From Octopus sinensis (taxonomy: Eukaryota): DNA of 11,857 nucleotides. The position numbers were made by a program, and so were the translations under genes. The notes below the pieces were generated by a model, which worked only from the letters and a program-made list of their open reading frames with translations, was not told the DNA's origin and searched no databases. Within the stretch, counting starts at the first letter, position 1. The number at the start of each line of letters is the position of its first letter. This document shows positions 1-8,242 of the stretch, one piece after another. The stretch covers positions 1 through 11,857 of the forward strand of contig NW_021826883.1 in the NCBI RefSeq assembly GCF_006345805.1. Direction: 5' to 3'.

Positions 1-61
1 GTATGTATGTAAATAAATGTGCAACTATTTATACACACACAAGCACGCGTGCGCATGTATC

Positions 62-64
<3 letters not shown>

Positions 65-115
<51 letters not shown>
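65..115. repeat. (AT)n microsatellite
   Basis: Uninterrupted AT dinucleotide run seen directly. Confidence 0.98.
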
Positions 116-118
<3 letters not shown>

Positions 119-634
119 GCATACATGGGTACAGGAAATCACCAAACATTAAACAACATGAAATACGAAAGAAAATGAGTTCAATACTGTTGTGTCGACG
201 CACGCAGACGACGAAGTAGGCTAGCCCAATACGCTGATATAGAGGGAGAAGTCTAGACGTTGAAGAGTTGAGTAGAGCTCATCCGTATATGCGATATAAC
301 AGTGGCGACGAGGATTTCGTAGCTCACACAGCCACTGTGTAGTATTGCGATATAACAAATACGCAAATAACGAGAGAAACAAATGGAAAACAGGACAAGT
401 AACATGAAGAACAACCCTTCGTCATTTGTCAGCTGTCTCTCTGCTCCTCATTTCAATCATTGAACAGCAACCTATAAGTGCCAAAATAAAATTTGGGACT
501 TATGGATGGTCAAAGTTGGGAACAAAAACAGGACAGTGAAGACAAACAAGGAAACAGAACGAAAACACACATGGAGTGTCGTTAGACCAGAATGAGGGTA
601 AAAATAGCGAACGCTGGAGAAATATTTTCTTTGG

Positions 635-810
635 CACACACACAAACACACATATATATATAAATATTTATATATGTGTGTGTGTATAGTGAGAGAGAGA
701 GAGAGAAAGAGAGAAAGAAAGAAAAAAGAAAGAAAGAAAGAAAGAAAGAAAAAAGAAAGAAAGAAAGAAAGACAGAAAGAAAGACAGAGGGAGAGAGGGA
801 AAGAGAAAGA
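635..810. repeat. Compound (CA)n-(TA)n-(TG)n repeat followed by a (GA)n/(GAAA)n polypurine tract
   Basis: CA/TA/TG block at 635-685. The tract at 691-810 is almost pure A/G. Together they explain the K/E/R-rich ORFs 674..880 and 676..861. Confidence 0.95.
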
Positions 811-1044
811 TATCGTTTTAGTGAATGTGACTTGGGAAAGGAAGTTCTACAACGACAGTAGCGGCGTTCCTAATAGATGAAGCCTGAAGATTTAGCTATC
901 TAAGCAGAACAGGAAGACAAATTGTCGGAAAAGAATTTTAGATAAATGGCAACCGTGCCAATAAGTGTACTGGCAACAACATGGATGTGACTGGCGTCAT
1001 TTGAGGAAGAAAGGAGAAAATAGAGAAGAGTAATCAACAGCAAT

Positions 1045-2085
1045 GACAACGATAGTGACAACAAGAATATCGACAATTCCAACCCAATATTTGCTACTGA
1101 CACCAAGTTGTTTTTAAAGCTGAACATTATGAAAATTCTACAGAATGAAATAGAATAGACAATGTCAGTTGCAAAGGATAGTGCCCTGTTAATCGAACAT
1201 CATGATAAGCTATAGGTAAACAATCACAAATTTCTGATCCTTGGAAAATAATATGGAATTCCATATTCCACAGAGGGCATATTACGAAGAAATTCATGTT
1301 GTGAGGCAGGAATTTGAACATATGCGGCGGTTCCAGTTTGAAGAAGCTATAATCTTTCTGCTAAAATATAGTAGGAGTATGAACAGAGAGGTAGTCATTG
1401 CATATTAGTGACATACAGATCTGTATGGCCTAGTGGTTAGAGCAGCGGACTTACGGTCGAGTGATCGCGGGTTCGAATCTCAGACCGGTAGATGTGTGTG
1501 TTTATGAGCGAAACACCTAAGCTCCACGCGGCTCCGGCAGAAGGTAATGGCGAAACTTCTGCTGACTTTTTCGCCACAACTTTCTCTTAGTCTTTCCTCC
1601 TGCATCTTGCAGCTCACCTGCGATGGACCGGCGTCCCGTCCAGGTGGGGAACCTATACGCCAAGAAACCAGGAAACCGGCCCTTATGGGCCAGGCATGGC
1701 TCGAGAAGGAACAAACAAACAACAACATACAGATCTATAGGTTTGTGCCAATATATTCTGGACGATGAAACATAAGTGAATGGATACGATGGTATTACTT
1801 TCAGTGAAACATTTAGGCTAATTTTGTATACACAACTGAACAGCTATTATATTGTTATGGATCTTCAAATTTTATTGATCTCTGAAAAGAATAAATCCAT
1901 CATGTAGGGAGATTACATTGGTGTTGAAAACAATCTTATAGAACCAGAAAAGAAGATATAAACGCTGAATGTAAAAAGAGTTGCCTAGGACATATAGTTT
2001 CTTATATACGGTATTTGATGGGGAATTTCAACCATGTTTCGTGGTCTGCTACCACAACAGCCCCTTTATAGGATCCAGTTAGCTC
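1045..2085 (+). mobile_element. Old, degenerate CR1/L2-type LINE remnant (RT C-terminal half), interrupted by the SINE at 1423-1724
   Basis: Hand translation gives collinear motifs across stops and frameshifts. Observed versus typical: FATDTKLF 1090-1113 (FADDxKLF), LQNEI 1138-1152 (LQxDI), RFQFEE 1328-1345 (LxFEEH), YRSI across the TSD (YxSxVRP), ANIFW 1747-1761 (AxxVW), *GDYIGV 1905-1925 (RGDMIEV), RTYSF..V..QPCFVV about 1987-2046 (RxxFFSxRVxxxWNxLPxxVV). Motif order and rough spacing fit a recalled CR1/L2 ORF2 consensus. Boundaries are approximate. Confidence 0.65.
1423..1724 (+). mobile_element. Full-length tRNA-derived SINE with perfect 12-bp target-site duplication
   Basis: Pol III A box TGGCCTAGTGG at 1425-1435 and B box GGTTCGAATCT at 1470-1480. 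(CAAA/CAA)n tail at about 1709-1724. Identical ACATACAGATCT at 1411-1422 and 1725-1736. Confidence 0.92.
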
Positions 2086-2089
2086 AAGA

Positions 2090-2475
2090 TATCATCAGGA
2101 GGAACTACGTCCGATTTCGGCCCCTACTCCTGTATCGTTTTGACGTGGCGGGGATCCCCCTTTCGGAGGTGTCTTCAGCTCTGGTGTTGAGTGCATGTCT
2201 TCTTTCTTCTTCTTTCTTCTGTTCCCTGGCCTCTTCGATGTAGCATCAACGAGTGTCAGCGGGTGACTGCCTGTCTTGTCAAATTTCCCTTTAAATGCTA
2301 GGCTCCAGCAGAGGCACCTTTTCTCCAAATAAATGTCTCAAAAATACCACCTCGGATCCCTCTCTTTGAAGCTGGGCTTCCTATAATCTTTAATGCATTA
2401 AAGACATTTTTCCTGAATATACTGTGCTGAGATTAGACTTCATCGAATACACCCGGTCGTTTTCTTATGCCATCA
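2090..2475 (-). mobile_element. Probable Penelope-like element (PLE) 3' remnant: GIY-YIG C-terminus plus pLTR-like region
   Basis: The minus strand, with frameshifts, reads HKKTTGCI/FDEV*SQHSIFRKNVFNALKI/RKPSFK/REG (2469-2357). This parallels the PLE C-terminal pattern HxxxTGHxIxFDxVxIL..KRKxxEAxxI..KPSLNRDxG. It is followed by a GAA-rich run (about 2199-2221) and a CTGAAGA...AAAAC motif like PLE pseudo-LTRs. The comparison is to recalled consensus only. Confidence 0.5.
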
Positions 2476-2489
2476 TAAAAACTTAGATA

Positions 2490-2800
2490 ACGTATATATG
2501 CTTTGACAAAGGCTTGGCCCAGGACATGTCTAACTTAATAGTACCATCTGGTAGGATTTGCTAAATCATTTTTGAGCCAAGTATAGTGGTATCATGATCC
2601 ATTCATGTAGGGAGATCTTGTTGAGCGAGTTGTATCCAGATGGCTTCTCTGGTATCCCTTGACGAAATTTGTCCAGATTCCGTTTAAAGGTGATGATATA
2701 CTTCTTCTCTTTGGGCAATGTTAAATAAGACTGGGTCTGTCGAGAGAAAGAAACTATGTTGCGGTGTATTTATGTGTTGTGATCCCGAATTGTGTGGGGG
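2490..2800 (-). mobile_element. 5'-truncated CR1 LINE 3' end (ORF2 C-terminus plus short 3' UTR)
   Basis: The minus strand reads QHSFFLSTDPVLFNIA / KEKKYIITFKRNLDKFRQGIPEKPSGYNSLNKISLHEW. FKRNLDKF lies at 2688-2665 and the stop at 2568-2566. This matches the CR1 terminal signature GPxLFNxxP..FKRxLDKFLxxIPDxP..NSL. Confidence 0.8.
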
Positions 2801-3066
2801 ATATATATATACAGAATTTCAAAATTTTAATGTCTATATCTTAGAGTAAACTTTATTTAGCCTGTCTGTTTTAGCAGTGTGTTCTTGACCTTCCTGTATA
2901 GCCATACCTACATATCTTCTACACACTTATCTATTACTATATGTCTTTTATATATAAATCATTCCACTGTGGATCTTTGAATCCCGTGGCTTAATTATTA
3001 TGAGAAACTTACTTAAATCATAATTAGATCATGATAAACTTCTGAAACTCAAACATGAAAATCCAT

Positions 3067-3145
3067 CAACAGCAGCAGCAGCAACAATAACAACAACAGA
3101 AACAACAGCAATAAAAGCAAAAACAACAAAAACAGCAACAACAAC
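3067..3145. repeat. Degenerate (CAG)/(CAA)n trinucleotide tract
   Basis: CAGCAGCAGCAGCAACAATAACAACAAC... seen directly. Confidence 0.9.
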
Positions 3146-3263
3146 CCAGTCTGCACATTGTATGAGTTTTAAGTTACCATCTTGCATCTTCGCATAAAAT
3201 ATAACGTTTTCGCCGAGTTCATCACGTCTGTTGTAATCGCCTTTTTCGAAGTTGTTATTATTC

Positions 3264-3311
3264 CTGACATTTAACCTTTATGCACCGCCTCTCTTCTTTA
3301 TCCAGGTAACA
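3264..3311 (+). promoter_or_regulatory. Candidate 3' splice site immediately followed by a 5' splice-site motif (possible recursive splice site)
   Basis: Branch-like CTGAC at 3264-3268 and TTAAC at 3271-3275, then pyrimidine tract CCTCTCTTCTTTATC, CAG at 3303-3305 and GTAACA at 3306-3311. No other AG occurs between 3252 and 3303. There is no transcript evidence. Confidence 0.3.
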
Positions 3312-3369
3312 TCTCAGTTCTTCTATTTCTTATTTATTTTGGTTTCCAAGTCTTCACGCATTCTCCCCC

Positions 3370-3436
3370 GCACTCCCTCTCTCACTCTCTTTCTCTCTTT
3401 CTCTCTCTTTCTCTCGCTCTCTCTTTCTCTCTCTTT
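3370..3436. repeat. (CT)n/(CTTT)n polypyrimidine microsatellite
   Basis: Seen directly. Confidence 0.92.
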
Positions 3437-3611
3437 CACTACTTATGTACTTCTTATTTCTCTCGTACATAGCTGCATTTTTTTCTTTCGTTATTTCAGT
3501 TTTCTTTGTCTTTTTCATTCACGCTTGTCATCACAGAATATCTAAATTCTATTTTATACTCATCTTTACTTGTAGTCAAATGTCGCTTATCTTGTCATCA
3601 ATTGTATCTGA

Positions 3612-4055
3612 TACATACATACATACAAACATACATAAATACGTACATGCAAATATATACGCACATATATAGATAAAAATACACAAATATACACAGAGTA
3701 TACACAGAGATACGCGTTTATATATATATATATGTGTGTATGTGTGTGTGTGTATGTGTGTGCGCGCGTGTGTATGTATATAAGAATGCATGTATATATA
3801 AATATACATATGTATATATATATATATATACGTTTATATGTATATATATATGTGTATGTACATATATGTAAATATATGTGTATGTACATATATGTGTATG
3901 TACATATATGTAAATATATGTGTATGTACATATATGTAAATATATATATGTGTATGTACATATATGTACATATATGTAGATATGTAAATATGTATGTACA
4001 TATATATATGTACACACATACATATCTATATACATTTCCATATGCGCATACATAC
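3612..4055. repeat. Long compound TA/TG/CA microsatellite containing a 26-bp minisatellite
   Basis: TGTGTATGTACATATATGTAAATATA occurs exactly at 3851, 3893 and 3919. The tract produces the overlapping Y/I/H/M/C-rich ORFs at 3576-4188. Confidence 0.95.
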
Positions 4056-4710
4056 ATTCATAACGCTTAGAACAAAAAAATACAAAAAATTACGAAAAAC
4101 TGAAGAACGGGATAAGCCACATCATTATATCTACATCTTTAATCTGTTTTATATTTTTAAATGGTTCCCCTTCTTCTCTGTCATTTGATATTTAATCTGT
4201 ATATACATCCTGTTTTATTTAATGGCGTCCATTGTTTGTTATTGACGATCAAATCAAATTATCTATGATTGATGAAGGAAAGCTTCGTTTTATTTATTTT
4301 TTATTATTTTTTCTTCAAGAAAAATAATATAAATAATATTATACAAACCTTACCTCATGATGCGCTCATTCAATCAGATTATTGTTTCTGTTCGTCAAAT
4401 AATGCCTTAAGGAGATGTATATTATTAAGAAATTTATTGCAATATTCTCGTCTTAATGGTGGCCTAGCTCGTAGAGATCCAGACAAGGAGTTTATAATTA
4501 TGATGCACTTTCGATACCCCGGTGAAGTAATTACGGTGGTAATGCCAGTGGAGAGAACATCAATGTCACCCTTTTCGCACGTATATCAATAAAGTAAACG
4601 ATTTAGCGAAACGTTCTACACAGTCTCATATGAAACAATTGTTGCTTACAGAGACAATATTCACATATACTCTATCTTCTCTTGTAGGATATTTGCATCT
4701 CGTTATTTAA

Positions 4711-4998
4711 TTTTTTTATTTTTCTTGAGCCCCAGGATTCACAAGATCGGTTACCCGGTTTTCTCTTTGAAGGAAACGCCGGTCCGATGCAGGGTTTCAG
4801 GCTAGGAAATTTTAAGGGAGGGAAACAAAGCGATTAGATCGACCCTTGTACTTGACTGGTAATGTATTTTATGGACCTCGAATAGAGAGAGAGGTCGAAG
4901 TTGACCTCGGCTGGATTTCGACACAGAATGTTAAGACCCGGAAGAACTGCCATTTAGCATTTTATGCGGCGTGTTAATCGTTCTGCGAGTTCATCGTT
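4711..4998 (-). mobile_element. Degenerate tRNA-derived SINE (second family)
   Basis: On the minus strand there is a decayed tRNA-like head (B-box-like TGTCGAAATCC), a central GAGGTCCATAAAATA..TACCAG..GGGTCGAT block, a 3' part homologous to the tail of the 1423-1724 SINE (CCTGCATCGGACCGGCGT...AAACCGGGTAACCG...GGCTCAAGAA) and an A-rich end. No clean TSD. Confidence 0.7.
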
Positions 4999-5102
4999 TT
5001 ATGTTTATTTAAACCAGTATTAATTTCGTAATTTCAAATTTTTTAAATGAAAAATAATTATTAGAAATGAAGCTACACCACTGTGTGTTTAATTTACATT
5101 AG

Positions 5103-5190
5103 TGGTTGTTCTTCTTGCTTAAGCCCTGACTTGGAAAACATAATGAAAGCATTCCAGTCACGGCTTTCACATCTTTTAGCCAGACATAGC
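5103..5190 (-). repeat. Short interspersed-repeat 3' fragment
   Basis: TTAAGCCCTGA...AAAGCATTCCAGTCACGGC...ATCTTTT next to a GTT/CTT run resembles a recalled abundant octopus repeat end (TCAGCCCTGAT...AAAGGCATTCCAGCCATGACC...GTCTTTT). Unverified. Confidence 0.4.
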
Positions 5191-5774
5191 GTAGAACATG
5201 GTATTTATTTAAGGCAACAAAAACTTGTTCATGCAACACTTTACGCATTTTCTTTTTAGACTATTATTTGATTCGTGACTTACGTTAACAAGTTTAATAA
5301 TTCAAATAACATTATCATACATTTTTTTGAGTCGATGGATATACAAACCCTTACAATACAAGATTCATGCAAGATGAATGTCAAAGCGAAACAAATCTGC
5401 AATAAAAAGGTAAATCATGGCATTATATCATTACGTCATAGACTTCTTATTCTCACTGAGCACACCTTGGCAAAATTCCATTTGTTAGCAAAAAAGTAAT
5501 GTCTCTCTCACAATTTTTTGTGAGAATAAATAGAAAATATTAATACATTGGGACACAGCAGGAATGAGATTTAGGCTTTGTTTTGTTCTGTTCAATGTTG
5601 TTTTTTGCTAAAACAATATGATGGAAACGTAGATTTTACTTGAAACATCAGAAATTTAATAGTTATTTTGATTTATTTATACACATGCTGCAAATTTTCC
5701 TTAGTCGTTTGAATAAGCGGCAGTGTGAAACTCAGAGTAATGATTATAAAACTTCAAATTTTTCATATTTCGCT

Positions 5775-5926
5775 ATCTATCTATATATATATATATATAT
5801 ATATATATCTATATATATATATATATATATATATGCATACATACAAATATATATATATATATATACGTACGTAAATGTATTGTATGTATATAAATGTTTA
5901 TATATGTATATATATACATATATGTA

Positions 5927-6017
<91 letters not shown>
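5775..6017. repeat. Long interrupted (TA)n microsatellite
   Basis: Seen directly. Confidence 0.97.
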
Positions 6018-6020
<3 letters not shown>

Positions 6021-6111
6021 ATATCCAGGACAGCTGATGATGGAAATATGTTAGATTGTTGTTATGGCTGTTATTGTATGTGTGGAATAGTTTTATAACA
6101 CTTCCATTTGA

Positions 6112-6300
6112 TATATATATATATATATGTGTGTGCGTGTTTGTGTGTGTGTGTGTGTGTGTGAGTGTGTGTATTTATGTATGATGCATCTATATGGTAT
6201 GAGTTAGAGAGGGTGAGAGAGCGAAAGAAAGAGAAAAAAGAAAATAGCAAAGAAATAAAGAACAACGAAAGCAAGAAAGAGAAGAACGAGAGATGGAGTA
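6112..6300. repeat. (TA)n-(TG)n microsatellite followed by a GA/GAAA-rich tract
   Basis: TA/TG at 6112-6180 and a purine-rich tract at about 6205-6300. Confidence 0.88.
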
Positions 6301-6767
6301 AATAGACCAAAGGTGTTCTCAAAAGACTTCTGGAAGTAAGAAATATTTATACACGATGCATGCATAATTGAAATTCTTTTTTTAAACAAGACACCTTCAC
6401 ATTCCTTTAGCTCCTCTGGTTTTACCGTGTAAAATCACAAAACGAACCTACTTGAAGTATGACCTTTGAAATAGGCTTCAATTTGGAAACGGTGAATGTG
6501 ATAAAATTTCTAAAACGTATACAAAAATATTGATAATTTTATTTGCTCTTTATTATCCAGCTGTGGGGTTTCTGATATTTCCATAGATTTAAGCGATTAA
6601 CGTTTATACCTCCAGGATTTATGCTGCTTTAAATACATCTGCTTTTACGCCATTTTTATTCATTTTCTTTTCTATTCTCCATCATAATGTGTTTTTGTTC
6701 TTCCGTTTTATTTTGCTCTTATACTGTTCTTCTCTTTTAACATCTTAATCTTTTTTTTTTCTGTTTT

Positions 6768-6960
6768 ACATGTTGTTACTTCTGTTGTTATTTTTGTTAA
6801 TAGAGTTGCTGCTGCCGTTATTTTTGTTGTTATCGTTCTTGTTCTTGATGTAGTTCTTCTTTTTCTTCTTCATCATCATCATCATCATCATGTCTTTCTC
6901 ATTCTTACCATTTACTTTCGCCTTCTTATTTTTGTTTCGTTTTCGTTTCTTTTTGCTTTC
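6768..6960. repeat. Degenerate (TGT)/(TTC)/(CAT)n low-complexity tract
   Basis: (CAT)7 at 6871-6891 inside a T-rich trinucleotide tract. It explains the N/K/M-rich ORF 6766..7038. Confidence 0.88.
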
Positions 6961-7559
6961 TACACCGAATGCCACGAAATTTTTTAGTACCGCTATTTTG
7001 AGAAAATTATTGATAATATAGTCTTCTTTGTGCTTCATACATTGTTTTAAAGATCTTGTGGCGAAACATCGCAGGACGATATGTGCAGAATACTTTCCAT
7101 ATTGCGGCCCCTGTGATTACGCGGCCTCTCTGCTAAATTGTCAAAGTACCAGTTGTTTTAAAATTTTATTTCGATAAAACAAAATCGTGTAACTGTTGCC
7201 GAAAGCTGAACCCCGTGAAAAGACTGTAGTCAAGTTTATTGGACGAGTTAAGCGGCAGTTAACGGAGATTATCTTCAATAACAGATAGCAGGGCTTTCTT
7301 AAGAGCATCATTAAAGTAATATATGCGATAGGCCGGAAAGAACTAGTGATAGTAAGAATATGTTATGAAGTTAGCTAATGATCAAAAGAGAAGAGGGAAT
7401 TAAGAAATGCGTCTCAAGACGACAGAATAAGTTTCAAAAAATTTTTAAACTTGAATATGTAACTAACCAAGTTTGTGTGGAGTTACCTAAGACATAAACT
7501 CTTTGATACGGAGGAATGGAAACCGTTAGACGGACGAGCACAACCACAGTTTAGATCTC

Positions 7560-7888
7560 CAATGAATGTGCCATATATTTATGGATTTCCAGTGGAAGTG
7601 ATTTGTTTGAGCGATTGGTCAAAGACACCAGTGGATTATTATAACTTTCAAAGACAGCATGCATTGAAATAATGGAAGACAACCTGTGGTGGTTTTCTGT
7701 GAAAAGGGCTATTAGAGTGGTATTCAAGAAAAGATTGGCGAATAGAAAGAAAGGATTAGAGAGTAGTAAAGCAGAGTAAAACAAGTGATGAGAAAAGATA
7801 CCACGCGAGTCGAAGTTGCAAACCGGTTAGAAATTGCTACCTGTAGTATGATCAGGAAACCTTGCAGATCGATCACTGATGGACTTTA
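7560..7888 (+). mobile_element. Possible very old LINE remnant (endonuclease-RT linker)
   Basis: WWFSVKRAIR at 7687-7716 resembles the linker motif WWNxxVxxAIR and is followed by a basic stretch. This is a single motif with many stops around it. Confidence 0.25.
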
Positions 7889-7900
7889 CTTCCTTCCATA

Positions 7901-8242
7901 CTTACTTACTTGTACTTGTGGCGACATTCACCCTGGGTGGGTTGAGTCGGCTTCTTCTATCACCCTCAATGCATCTCGAACCATGGCAGCCCGCGCGCGA
8001 CAGTCCTGCGCCAGTTCACTGGAGATAGCGATCCAGTCACGGTTCGATCGGCGCAGGTCGACCACCTGCGGACTCGTGAACATGGAGAAATTCTCGATCG
8101 TTGTAGCCCAGGTCATCAGCTGCCCGCCCGCGCGTTTCCGCCAGTTGGGAAGTGAAGCTGGGAGAAGGACATCACGGCTCAGTTCACCCACCGGACGCCT
8201 ACATGCATGGCCAAACCACCGCAAGCGCCGTTGCAGAAGGAC
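7901..8242 (-). mobile_element. 5'-truncated RTE-clade LINE 3' end with 12-bp TSD
   Basis: The open frame LQRRLRWFGHACRRPVGELSRDVLL...WRKRAGGQLMTWATTI...ELAQD...HPG* (stop at 7930-7928) carries the RTE RLRWxGHxxR and GGQxxTW motifs. A very short 3' UTR ends in a CAAGTACAAGTAAGTAAG tail. CTTCCTTCCATA is at 7889-7900 and 8243-8254. Confidence 0.93.

Noticed and set aside
900-1127. The minus-strand hydrophobic ORF looks like M2-M3 of a Cys-loop receptor, suggesting an octopus chemotactile-receptor pseudogene.
   Set aside because: There is no Cys-loop or ectodomain upstream and the frame has many stops. The hydrophobicity is the antisense of a purine-rich GAC/AAC tract, and the opposite strand fits collinear LINE RT motifs better.
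1425-1490. Possible tRNA gene
   Set aside because: A and B boxes are present, but there is no acceptor stem or well-formed anticodon arm. It continues into a SINE body and tail bounded by TSDs.
1725-2060. Minus-strand peptides HETWLK and PFTY...IDLYVTN resemble an APE endonuclease.
   Set aside because: The motif spacing does not fit an APE domain, and the + strand RT reading explains the same bases with more collinear motifs.
1895-2616. A 19/20 match between ATCCATCATGTAGGGAGAT (1895-1913) and ATCCATTCATGTAGGGAGAT (2597-2616)
   Set aside because: The similarity does not extend collinearly. The two sites lie in different LINEs on opposite coding strands, so it is treated as coincidence.
3576-4188. 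Several overlapping ORFs up to 156 aa
   Set aside because: These are translations of TA/TG/CA repeats, which lack stop codons in some frames. The same applies to the ORFs at 19, 674, 5640, 6071, 6766, 8837, 8881, 9159 and 10227.
4269-4592. 107-aa ORF
   Set aside because: It has a non-ATG start, a low-complexity N-terminal half, no recognisable domain and no convincing flanking splice sites.
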